NCBI RefSeq assembly: GCF_001194135.2
Contig: NC_068987.1
Location: 68,418,940 to 68,456,451, forward strand
DNA length: 37,512 nucleotides
From: Octopus bimaculoides
Lineage: Eukaryota
Direction of reading: 5' to 3'
Within the stretch, counting starts at the first letter, position 1; every line of letters starts with the position of its first letter. The notes beneath the pieces were generated by a model, which saw only the letters and a program-made list of their open reading frames with translations, was not told the origin of the DNA and searched no databases. The translations under genes and the position numbers were made by a program. Positions 12,907-23,450 of the stretch are shown here, piece by piece.

Positions 12907-14059
12907 TCTTTAAAATGAGCAGCCTTCTCAATAAAGAAACATACATACATATATATATATATGTACGTATGCTTGTATGTGTGTGTATGTATATACACTT
13001 ANNNNNNNNNNNNNNNNNNNNNNNNNNNNNNNNNNNNNNNNNNNNNNNNNNNNNNNNNNNNNNNNNNNNNNNNNNNNNNNNNNNNNNNNNNNNNNNNNNN
13101 NNNNNNNNNNNNNNNNNNNNNNNNNNNNNNNNNNNNNNNNNNNNNNNNNNNNNNNNNNNNNNNNNNNNNNNNNNNNNNNNNNNNNNNNNNNNNNNNNNNN
13201 NNNNNNNNNNNNNNNNNNNNNNNNNNNNNNNNNNNNNNNNNNNNNNNNNNNNNNNNNNNNNNNNNNNNNNNNNNNNNNNNNNNNNNNNNNNNNNNNNNNN
13301 NNNNNNNNNNNNNNNNNNNNNNNNNNNNNNNNNNNNNNNNNNNNNNNNNNNNNNNNNNNNNNNNNNNNNNNNNNNNNNNNNNNNNNNNNNNNNNNNNNNN
13401 NNNNNNNNNNNNNNNNNNNNNNNNNNNNNNNNNNNNNNNNNNNNNNNNNNNNNNNNNNNNNNNNNNNNNNNNNNNNNNNNNNNNNNNNNNNNNNNNNNNN
13501 NNNNNNNNNNNNNNNNNNNNNNNNNNNNNNNNNNNNNNNNNNNNNNNNNNNNNNNNNNNNNNNNNNNNNNNNNNNNNNNNNNNNNNNNNNNNNNNNNNNN
13601 NNNNNNNNNNNNNNNNNNNNNNNNNNNNNNNNNNNNNNNNNNNNNNNNNNNNNNNNNNNNNNNNNNNNNNNNNNNNNNNNNNNNNNNNNNNNNNNNNNNN
13701 NNNNNNNNNNNNNNNNNNNNNNNNNNNNNNNNNNNNNNNNNNNNNNNNNNNNNNNNNNNNNNNNNNNNNNNNNNNNNNNNNNNNNNNNNNNNNNNNNNNN
13801 NNNNNNNNNNNNNNNNNNNNNNNNNNNNNNNNNNNNNNNNNNNNNNNNNNNNNNNNNNNNNNNNNNNNNNNNNNNNNNNNNNNNNNNNNNNNNNNNNNNN
13901 NNNNNNNNNNNNNNNNNNNNNNNNNNNNNNNNNNNNNNNNNNNNNNNNNNNNNNNNNNNNNNNNTCTTTAAAATGAGCAGCCTTCTCAATAAAGAAACAT
14001 ACATACATATATATATATATGTACGTATGCTTGTATGTGTGTGTATGTATATACACTTA
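12907..14059. other. Identical 95-nt sequence on both sides of a 963-N gap (probable unmerged contig overlap)
   Basis: 12907-13001 is identical to 13965-14059 (TCTTTAAAATGAGCAGCC...ATACACTTA), and each copy abuts the gap. Confidence 0.8.
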
Positions 14060-14161
14060 TATACATACGTATATATGTATATATGTATAAACATATATAT
14101 TATACAATGTAGATACTATATGCAAACATATATATATACGTATATATACACACGCGCACAC

Positions 14162-14198
<37 letters not shown>

Positions 14199-14931
14199 TA
14201 CACACATACATACGTACACACATGCTATATTCTTGTATGAATTGTTATTCTTACGTGTGCATGTATAGGTGTGTTTCTATCTGTATATAGATAAGTACAG
14301 TTAGCGAAATATTTATATCAAATTATATATATAAAATAATTTCTGAGTTAGTTGAATCAGTCTTCTCTCTATTGCACTCTCATACTCACGCTGTACACGT
14401 AATTATGTATGTATAAATGTGTGTACACATCAGTGGAGGTATGCGTCTAGATGAATGAAATAGGCATATATATATATATAGATATAGATATGTATATGCA
14501 TACATACAAACACACACGCACACAATTATATATATATATATATACTCACATACATGTTTGTTTGAATGCATACATGAAAAAAAAAAAACTTAAAGGTGAA
14601 AATAGAGAAAGCTATACAGACGTTGACAGAAAAATACGGCATAAATATTTTAAATATTGGATTTTATCGCTTAGTAATGGGGCTGTGGGCATAAAAATTT
14701 GCTATATCCGTGTGCTTTAAAAACATTATATGAGACATTAAATCAAGAAATAGTAATAAAAAGAGTGGGTGGAGATAGAGAGAATGATTAATGACAACGC
14801 AAGAAGGTTAGAGAATGAATCTTGGAATACATGGCCGATTATCTCCGTAAGGTTGACGAGATCTTCATATTTCTTATTCCCTCTTTTCTATCAGTCTTAC
14901 AACCGCCATGCATATCACGCCGGTTTCGTGA

Positions 14932-14975
<44 letters not shown>

Positions 14976-15893
14976 NNNNNNNNNNNNNNNNNNNNNNNNN
15001 NNNNNNNNNNNNNNNNNNNNNNNNNNNNNNNNNNNNNNNNNNNNNNNNNNNNNNNNNNNNNNNNNNNNNNNNNNNNNNNNNNNNNNNNNNNNNNNNNNNN
15101 NNNNNNNNNNNNNNNNNNNNNNNNNNNNNNNNNNNNNNNNNNNNNNNNNNNNNNNNNNNNNNNNNNNNNNNNNNNNNNNNNNNNNNNNNNNNNNNNNNNN
15201 NNNNNNNNNNNNNNNNNNNNNNNNNNNNNNNNNNNNNNNNNNNNNNNNNNNNNNNNNNNNNNNNNNNNNNNNNNNNNNNNNNNNNNNNNNNNNNNNNNNN
15301 NNNNNNNNNNNNNNNNNNNNNNNNNNNNNNNNNNNNNNNNNNNNNNNNNNNNNNNNNNNNNNNNNNNNNNNNNNNNNNNNNNNNNNNNNNNNNNNNNNNN
15401 NNNNNNNNNNNNNNNNNNNNNNNNNNNNNNNNNNNNNNNNNNNNNNNNNNNNNNNNNNNNNNNNNNNNNNNNNNNNNNNNNNNNNNNNNNNNNNNNNNNN
15501 NNNNNNNNNNNNNNNNNNNNNNNNNNNNNNNNNNNNNNNNNNNNNNNNNNNNNNNNNNNNNNNNNNNNNNNNNNNNNNNNNNNNNNNNNNNNNNNNNNNN
15601 NNNNNNNNNNNNNNNNNNNNNNNNNNNNNNNNNNNNNNNNNNNNNNNNNNNNNNNNNNNNNNNNNNNNNNNNNNNNNNNNNNNNNNNNNNNNNNNNNNNN
15701 NNNNNNNNNNNNNNNNNNNNNNNNNNNNNNNNNNNNNNNNNNNNNNNNNNNNNNNNNNNNNNNNNNNNNNNNNNNNNNNNNNNNNNNNNNNNNNNNNNNN
15801 NNNNNNNNNNNNNNNNNNNNNNNNNNNNNNNNNNNNNNNNNNNNNNNNNNNNNNNNNNNNNNNNNNNNNNNNNNNNNNNNNNNNNNNNNNNNN

Positions 15894-15939
<46 letters not shown>

Positions 15940-15984
15940 TGTGCGTGTGTGTATACATATATATGTGTATGTGCGTGTGTGTGC

Positions 15985-16190
15985 GTGTGTCTGTGTTTGT
16001 CTCCAACCATCGCTTGACAACCGACGTTGGTGTGTATTCGTCCTCGTAATCTAGCGGTTCGGCAAAAAAGACTGATAGCGTAAGTACTAGGCTTACAAAG
16101 AATAAGTCCTCGGGTCGATTTGATCGACTAAAGCCGGTGATCCAGCATGACCGGAGTCAAATGAATGAAGCAAGTAAAAGAATAAAAGAA
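15985..16190 (+). mobile_element. SINE family B, 3-prime half (the head is missing or lies in the upstream gap)
   Basis: TTGACAACCGACGTTGGTGTG...TAGCGGTTCGGCAAAAAAGAC...AAGTACTAGGCTTACAAAGAATAAGTCC...GTCGATTTGATCGACTAAAG...CAGCATG is colinear with 31960-32147. Confidence 0.9.
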
Positions 16191-16196
16191 TATATT

Positions 16197-16303
16197 TGAT
16201 TAATGCGTGAGACGGAAGATGGAAGATACGAGAAGTTTTATTGATCACTACTACTGTTTCGACCCATTGAGAATCTTTCATCTTCCGTCACTCGCGTTAA
16301 TCA
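16197..16303. repeat. 107-nt hairpin element (31-bp inverted arms, 45-nt spacer); MITE-like or Penelope-terminus-like
   Basis: Arms at 16197-16227 and 16273-16303 are 27/31 complementary. As plus-strand RNA this is 2 G-U pairs and 2 mismatches. Confidence 0.8.
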
Positions 16304-16377
16304 GATACCCAATGAACACTAAGCCAATGAACGTGTTTTCTCGCCAAATTACTAGGTATATACCATACCATTTATTC

Positions 16378-16418
<41 letters not shown>

Positions 16419-16419
<1 letters not shown>

Positions 16420-16610
16420 TGATAGATCGCTAGCCACTATACCTTTCTCTATTTTCTTTCCCTGTTTATTTTTGCGTTCCTTTCTGTCGAAGAGCGTAGG
16501 CTCGAAACGTAAAAGACTTTCTCACTTCCCGACCGTTAAATTAATACATCTATTTGTTGTTTACACACCCGTCTTCGTGTTCTGTTTTTTTTCTTTTGTA
16601 AATTCTCACT
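16419..16610 (+). mobile_element. Short non-autonomous repeat inserted in a (TA)n tract; Penelope/retrozyme-like
   Basis: About 190 bp of non-simple sequence flanked on both sides by (TA)n, carrying a hammerhead-like motif. I recognise it as a common octopus repeat (recollection, not verified). Confidence 0.5.
16480..16515 (+). ncRNA. Minimal type-I hammerhead-ribozyme-like motif with one core deviation
   Basis: CTTT (stem I) - CTGTCGA (cf. CUGANGA, A6 to U) - A - GAGC gtag GCTC (stem II) - GAA - ACGT (palindromic helix III) - A (position 17) - AAAG (stem I partner). Confidence 0.5.
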
Positions 16611-16658
16611 ATATGTATATATATATATATATATACATATATATACGACGGGTTTTTT

Positions 16659-16720
<62 letters not shown>

Positions 16721-17564
16721 CTGCGCGCGCCCATGCGTATAGGCAATCATATAGGCATTTGTATAACGTATATTTCTGACATATGATACACATGTCGGTA
16801 TATATTTATATATGCATATTCATATATATCCAGAAATTTATATAAATAAGAATACATCAAACATACATGCACAAAATATTAACGAATCCTTACGTAATCG
16901 CAACTTTTCATATATTTAACCATCAATATTTGTATGTGTACACATCATATCCTTTGAGCACACTGCTATTATACAATCAATAAATAAATACGTGAGTGTC
17001 AGAAAGCGATACTCAGACAGAACGAAAAAGTAGGGGAATAAAGAAGGTTATCTTTCTGTCTGCCTCTAATTGGACAAAATTAAAAACCCTCCCGGCAAAC
17101 ATTTCCCAGCTCTCCTTCACATCCTTCTCATTCTTGTGACAATGCTTCTCTTGTTCTTTAGAAGATATAAAACAAATGAAGATAAAACAGGATCCACCGT
17201 TATATTCAACCAATCTTCAGCCACTCTTCACGTCTGGGGTCCATTTTGCCTCTCTATTTCCACTGGTTTCGTTCCCTTTATTCTTCTTTACCTTCCACTC
17301 GTTTGCTCGTTCATATATTTCAAACCGCTTTCTTATTAAGAGACTACACATGATCAAGTACGTGTTTGTTTGGTATGTATAAGTGTGCGTGCCTGTACCT
17401 TTCCTTTGTAGATTCATGCTCTTTTCTTTCATCACTCATCACTCTTACCCTTTTCTAACCAACCAAACAATCAATCAACCAACCAGCCAACAGACCGTTC
17501 AGCAAACCACCACCATGCTTTAAATGCCTTTTCTTCTCGGCTATTGTTTTCTTTCGAAACCCAG

Positions 17565-17662
17565 AGTGCAATGCAATTCTGTTCGCACCATGAATTCTGG
17601 AACGTCAACAAGAAGATAACGCCCATACCATGGTTTAACTTCGTTAGAGGTGGGCCAACAAG
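17565..17662 (+). CDS. Candidate orphan exon, product unknown (SAMQFCSHHEFWNVNKKITPIPWFNFVRGGPT)
   Basis: Pyrimidine-rich upstream stretch ending CCCAG, only one open plus-strand frame, and a consensus donor AAG|GTAAGA. No recognisable homology. Confidence 0.25.
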
Positions 17663-18339
17663 GTAAGAAAAGAAAAGAAAGAAAAGTACCACCCAACTCT
17701 ACCTCACCTCAAATACACAACTATCACTCCATATACCCCCATGCGTATGCATCAAATATAAAAGAGAATAAATAGAAAACAAAATGAAAAGAAGAATTTC
17801 CATGTTTTCCTTTCGTCTGTATTGTGTAATTAACAGTCACGGAAGGGTGTCGAGTGCCCAGCATGTAAAGTTGCCCGGGAAAAGAAATCGAAAAAGAAAA
17901 GAAATCTTTCTTTTCTTAATGTCGTACTTGACGCCATTGGAGATATTTGTTTTGTGTATTTTGTTTTTGTGCGTTTTTCTGAATTTTTTTTCCCACGAGT
18001 TTGTTTCATTTGATACTGGCAGCCATTGTTATTGTGCTGTTCTTTATATCTTTGTAAAGCCAGTCCTTTCTTATTCCCTTAGTTGTTACTGTTGTTTCTC
18101 AGTTTTTTTTTGTTTTTTTTTTAGGCTTATGATACTTTTTTGTGCATACAGCTATGCTTTTGCTGTTGGTAATACTTTTATTCTGCTGCTACTGATGCTA
18201 CTACTTGCTATCTTTACCTTCAAAGTTTTGAAGGTAAAGATAGTTTTGATAATATTTATATCTTTACTGTCGTTACTGTTACTCCTAACTGCTCTCAGAA
18301 GCCTTTATATCTTGTATGATGTTCATTTTGTTACTGGTG

Positions 18340-19460
18340 TTCTTACAACTCCTGGATCTGCTAACTGACTGAGATTTCCTTATATCGAGTGTTGATTTAA
18401 CTATGATTTTCCCGCTATTATTCCATACATTACTGGAAGTTGATATTATCCTAAATGAGTTTTTAACCTCTATCCTACACATCTTGTACGTGTTTATGCT
18501 TTTACTATTGTTATTACTACTAATTACTATCGTGATTCCGTAGATATTGTGATATGTTTATGTGACTTTCGTAACTGTGTCTTTAGTTGTGACTCACGAG
18601 TCTTGTTTTTCTTTAATTGCAGAAACAAATCAGTAAATGACGGTGTGATAACTTGCAGCGATCCCAGGCGTTCCAAGATACACTTACTCACTCTCTTCCT
18701 GGTGCTATTTCGAAAAGATATGAACCTAGAGTTAAACACAATATTCCTAAACTCGGTTGGTGCATTAATTTTCCCAGATATGAGCAACAGTGATAGAAGT
18801 AATGTTTTCAGATGGTAACCGTTATATCCAGACAGGAGCTGAAGGCCGAATTTCTTAAGATATTTAGAAGCTTTCCGAGGAATACCTTGCTTATTAGTGT
18901 TAGCATGCAAATGAAATCTCATCTTAGACGTATGCGAAGATTGTGTGGGATCAGCCAATACCAAGGATGACACATTTTCAGATATTCTTAGACGACGATA
19001 TATCTTGCCACTGTTGATATCTTTAGCTCAGTTGCTGATCGAGTTGGGCGTATGGCATGTGGAGTGTTGCCAGGCGCTCACTGCTCTATAGCAATGACAT
19101 GTGTAGAGTTAGTACAAATTTAATGCTAGCATTCATTAGAATTTTAGAGGATGATAACTGATGGTTTAGTGTTGACAAGAACTGCTCAGGTAGTTTCCTC
19201 TAGAAAACTTTCAAGATGAGCTTTACGAGCACTTTCCAGAAGTCATTAGCCTAGAGTTGCTACAGAAGTAATTTACCTTTCGGGATAACCTCTGCAAGCT
19301 TGGCTGTTTTAAAGCCGCTAGCAACTGAACCTGTTCATGATGCTTAGAGAGCGATGAAACCGACCGGCAGTATGTACTCGTTTGGTATCTATGCATTACT
19401 GAATTTGTGGATTTATCAAGTGCAGGATAAATTCGACTAACAACTGTCTATCCTGACGAT
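18340..19460 (-). pseudogene. Highly decayed CRE-like (early-branching RLE) non-LTR retrotransposon, N-terminal to early RT region
   Basis: Colinear minus-strand motifs: YCRSVSSLSKHHEQV (C2H2-like remnant), EVIPKG (cf. IPKGAR), YHLKTLL and LLISGKINAPTEFRNIVFNSRFISF (cf. QHLKDLL, LLLSGKxPxEVRxILFGxRLIAL), TRKRVSKC (cf. TLRRLASK), IEVKNSF (cf. LDxKNAF) and QLADPG (cf. QQGDPLG). Many stops and frameshifts. Confidence 0.45.
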
Positions 19461-19924
19461 CAACTCACCGTCTTGCTTTGGCAACGTAGTCTTCCTTAGC
19501 ACGGTGACGAAGGAAGCTGAGTGGGGGATACTATTGAAATGGCAATATCCTTGAGTCTAGCTCCCATAAATTTTTTCAAGTTTCACTTGAAATAAAAGTA
19601 AACTTAGACAGGGAGCTGGTGCCTGCCAGCAAATTTAATAAAAGTAAATGAGAGTGATGAAACAAGCGTGACTAAATGGATTTGCTCTAAGATTAGCAGC
19701 AAAAAGTGGGAGAAGGTATTTGATTTGGGGTGTTATCCGAGGTTGAGAGTGGGTTACCCCGATCACCATATGTAACCATTTTGGACAACCTTTTGTGTTC
19801 TTTTACTGTTCTCTATGATTATTGCTGTTTCTTGCTATCTGTTTATGTTTTTATCGTTTTCTCAATATTACATTAGTGCTTCATTTTTCCCCGTTTTTGT
19901 ATTTATTTCGCCTTTTCTTTAGTT

Positions 19925-19975
19925 CCCAATGTCTAAGGCCCTTGTGGCCAATAAAGAAATTATCATTACTATTAT
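19925..19975 (+). mobile_element. Retroelement-like 3-prime end with AATAAA and an (ATT)-type tail
   Basis: GTCTAAGGCCCTTGTGGCCAATAAAGAAATTATCATTACTATTATT; a related CCTTGTGGCAATAACAAAGAAAT occurs at about 12770-12792. Confidence 0.35.
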
Positions 19976-20881
19976 TGTTTATTTTTATTTTTCATTACGA
20001 CTTAAAGAAAAATATTTTGATATTTTCTTGTTGATAATATATTTTTATATCTTAAGTAACAGCTGTTTGATTATGGTTGCTTTTGTTCTTGTAGGTGTTG
20101 TTATAGTTGTTGTTATTGTCATTGTTGTTGTTGCTGTTGTTTTTGTTGTTGTTATTGTTGTTGCCGCTGATGTTATTGTTATTGCTGTGTGTTACTGCTG
20201 TAGCAGCTACTCACTCTGACGAAAATTTTAATTAAATGAGTGCTAATGGTTGATTCTGTAGCAAAAAGAAGGAAAAGAAAAAAGATAAAGCAAAAGAAAT
20301 ATATCGAATAAAAATATCTATATAAAATAACAATATAGACAAACAGAAGAAAGATACACGTCCCTAACCAATTTACTGCACCCACTTCACTTCACTCACT
20401 ACCGCACACCATTTGAAGAAGCCCCCATTTCAAAACGCTATTCGCTTCCTCACAAGAGCTTATGATAATATAAGAAAGACGAGTGCGCACACACAAATAT
20501 CCACCCATCCCACCCATAAGCTACAACGAAAGAGATCTGAAAGTAAAGAGAGGATGCAATCTGGAGATTTTCCCTCGGCTATGTTCTTGTGTTCTGCTCT
20601 CCTGCTTTCATTCAAAGCCTCTTCTTCTTGTAATCTTTCTCTCTTCGCCTTTCTCCTTCTTCAACATAACACACTCGCCCTAGCCTTTCTCTTGTTTATC
20701 TGCAGTTCTCTCTCTACCTCTGTCTCTGTGTCTCTCTTTCTTTCTTTCTTCACTCTGAAACGAATGTGCATGTTCACCTACATGTTTCACGTTCACATAA
20801 ATGCTACGCTGTTGGTGTGATAACTTTATAAGCGAGAGAAATCACTTCATGCGATCAAGATTTCTTTTTATTTTATTGTAA

Positions 20882-20940
20882 CTCTTCTTCTTCTTCTTCT
20901 TCTTCTTCTTCTTCTTCTTCTTCGTTTTCTCCTACTTCAT

Positions 20941-20977
<37 letters not shown>

Positions 20978-20995
20978 GTTATTATTATTATCATT
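20882..20995. repeat. Compound (TCT)n, (TAC)n and (TTA)n microsatellites
   Basis: Directly visible; explains the poly-E, poly-S and poly-N ORF 20873..21064. Confidence 0.95.
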
Positions 20996-21000
20996 ATGAA

Positions 21001-21204
21001 GGCAGCGAGCTGGCAGAATCGTTAGCACGCCGGGCAAAATGCTTAGCCGTATTTCATCTGCCACTACGTTCTGAGTTCAAATTCCGCCGAAGTCAACTTT
21101 GTCTTTCATCCTTTCGGGGTCGATTAAATAAGTACCAGTTGAACACTGCGGTCAATGTGATCGACTCATTCCTTCCACGGAAATTGGTGCCCTCGCGGCA
21201 AAAT
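21001..21204 (+). mobile_element. Full-length SINE family A
   Basis: Head GGCAGCGAGCTGGCAGAATCGTTAGC (A box) and GAGTTCAAATTCC (B box), then the body, ending in a long (ATT)n tail. Confidence 0.93.
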
Positions 21205-21211
21205 TATAATA

Positions 21212-21270
<59 letters not shown>

Positions 21271-21446
21271 GGCAGTGAACATGACAGAATCGTTAAAACT
21301 CCGGGAGAAATGTTTAGTGGCACTTCGTCTGTCTGCACGTTCTGAATTCAAATTCCGCCGAGGTCGTCTTCGCTTTTCATCCTTTCGAGGTCGATAAATT
21401 AATCCCTTCCCTAAAATTTGAGGGCTTGTGCTTCCAGGAGAAAGGG
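21271..21446 (+). mobile_element. SINE family A with an internal deletion
   Basis: Head GGCAGTGAACATGACAGAATCG and GAATTCAAATTCCGCCGAGGTCG; lacks the GTACCAGTT...GTCGAT segment; flanked by (ATT)n. Confidence 0.9.
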
Positions 21447-21496
<50 letters not shown>

Positions 21497-21500
21497 GTTA

Positions 21501-21551
<51 letters not shown>

Positions 21552-21695
21552 TTCTGAGTTCAAATTCCGCCGAGGTCGACTTTGCATTTCATCTTTTCGG
21601 GGTCGATAAAATAAGTACCAGTTGAATACTGGAGTCGATGTAACCGACTCATCCCCTCCCTCAAAATTGCTACCCTTGTGACAAAATTTGAAACC
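21552..21695 (+). mobile_element. SINE family A, 5-prime truncated
   Basis: Starts at TTCTGAGTTCAAATTCCGCCGAGGTCGAC and ends TTTGAAACCATTATT, followed by (ATC)n. Confidence 0.92.
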
Positions 21696-21707
21696 ATTAT
21701 TATTCTT

Positions 21708-21757
<50 letters not shown>

Positions 21758-22190
21758 TATCATCGTCGTCGTCGTCGTCGTCATCACTATCATCATCGTC
21801 ATCAACATCATTATCATTTGCTCCTACAAACATACAATATAAGGATTTTCTTCACACACAAATACAAACATATACAAAGACACACACATACATGGATGGG
21901 GCGGGGTGTATGTGTGTGTATACAAAAACACATTCACACAAGCAGAGACATGAAAGAGAAAGAGATATACAGGAAAAAAACCTAAGAAATGATCGGGAGA
22001 AAAGGGGAGAGCAAAACCTGTTTGCTGCCAAGCACTTAAGTAAGCAATATATAATGTTTTATTTCTTTGGTAGCAATAATGATAGTATAGGTTAATCTAG
22101 TTATAGTATTGGGTTGGGTGCACTACCGAAACACCAAGTTTTAAATAGTTATTAAATACAGGAAAACATAGAAAACCTAATTAACACGCA

Positions 22191-22414
22191 TTAATTTTCT
22201 TGTACTCGTATTCCTGGTTCAGTCAAGCAAGGGGTGTAGGAATTAGGCTCGTGTAAATAGGAGCCAGTTTGCATCCCGTATTTAGGAGAAGTGTATTCTA
22301 CAGAGGCCCCAAACTTGCGAGGGATATTTGGCAGATGCAATCTAAGTGGAAGCCTGTTAGCTGGACCATTATTGTCATTCAAAGAGTCAGCTTTAAGTGT
22401 CAAGCTACGTCTAC
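22191..22414 (-). CDS. Candidate terminal coding exon of an unidentified gene (GRRSLTLKADSLNDNNGPANRLPLRLHLPNIPRKFGASVEYTSPKYGMQTGSYLHEPNSYTPCLTEPGIRVQEN*)
   Basis: Non-repetitive open frame with GC visibly above background and natural-looking codon usage. An AG lies at 22416-22415, just downstream of an in-frame TAA (phase 1 entry); stop TAA; AATAAA on the minus strand at 22063-22058. The polypyrimidine tract is weak and no homology was recognised. Confidence 0.45.
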
Positions 22415-22587
22415 CTGAGTATTATGTTATGAGCAGGCTGGAGAATGACTATTAGTAGATTTTGCTGAGAATTTGAAATAGTTTAGGCCAGTAGCAGGGG
22501 AAACTGTCACTAAGAAACGTAAAATGTTTTCTCCACTAGACATCAATGAAGCAACAATGAGCTCTTACAGTCTCTTGACATGCTATA

Positions 22588-22755
22588 AACAATAGCTAAG
22601 TCGCATTTAAATCTCCCTTAAATTTATCCCTAGCATCTTAAAAAAGAAATAACGAATACATATGGTTGTATGATCCGAAACACTATTTCTGAAAAACCAA
22701 AAGGACGTGATGGTTACGGCGGAAAACTTTTGATATATGTTTGACCTGAATTTAA
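22588..22755 (+). mobile_element. Unclassified dispersed repeat, family C
   Basis: AAATCTCCCTTAAAT...CATCTTAAAAAAG...GGACGTGATGGTTACGGCGGAAAACTTTTGAT is shared with the copies at 25860, 26568, 27260 and 31500. Confidence 0.55.
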
Positions 22756-22983
22756 GCACGTGAGCACGTTGTTAGTTATATATCATTTATAATTACATAG
22801 GTGTGGTACTTCAATTACTAATGTCACTGCGTCAGTCGTGTACATTTATGTTATCTCAGTAATAGAACGGTACACAGTTGACGGCCCTTCACATTCTTAA
22901 TTAGTTTTATTAAGTAAATCTACCGCCATCTTACTTCAGCAGTTTAGAAATTTGGTGTACATAATCTCTGGTAAATTTTATTT

Positions 22984-23273
22984 TTTTCAGCCATTTGGTT
23001 GCAGCCATGCTGGAACACCACCTTCAGTCGAACAAATCAACCCCATGACTTATTTTTTGTAAGCCTAGAACTTATTTTATCAGTATCTTTTGCCGAACCG
23101 CTATAATTACGGGGATGTAACACACCAAAACCGGTTTATACCAGTGTTCAGTGAAAACTAGATATATTAGTTTTGCATTGATATATATATATGCGTATGT
23201 ATGTATTTAACAGCTGTAGGACTGGAATTTCATTATATGGATTTGAACATCCATTTTCATCTTTTTCTCATTC

Positions 23274-23319
<46 letters not shown>

Positions 23320-23450
23320 CGGTCTTCTTTCAGTTTCCGTCTACCAAATCCACTCACAGACCGAGGATATAGTTGAAGACACTTGCTTAAGGTGTCACGC
23401 ACCTGGACCGAACCCAGAACCTTGTGTTTGGGAAGCAAGCTTTTTACCTA
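22984..23450 (-). mobile_element. Near full-length SINE family B with an expanded internal simple-sequence spacer
   Basis: The 3-prime part (CAGCCATGCTGGAACACCACC...AGTCGAACAAATCAACCCC...TTTTGCCGAACCGCTA) and the head (TTTCAGTTTCCGTCTACCAAATCCACTCAC...GAAGACACTTGCTTAAGGTGTCACGCA) are reverse complements of 31744-32147. Confidence 0.88.

Noticed and set aside
17784-18368. 194-aa plus ORF rich in F/L/C/V that looks like a membrane protein
   Set aside because: T-rich low-complexity DNA readily gives stop-free hydrophobic frames, and no domain motif is present.
21001-21100. tRNA-like sequence with A and B boxes (also at 10420-10523, 31744-31815 and 33480-33587)
   Set aside because: There is no complete cloverleaf or acceptor stem, and each continues into a shared tRNA-unrelated body. 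These are SINE heads, not tRNA genes.
21001-21695. Repeated units separated by spacers, superficially array- or CRISPR-like
   Set aside because: The units are diverged 140-200 bp SINEs, the spacers are microsatellites, the DNA is eukaryotic, and there are no cas genes.
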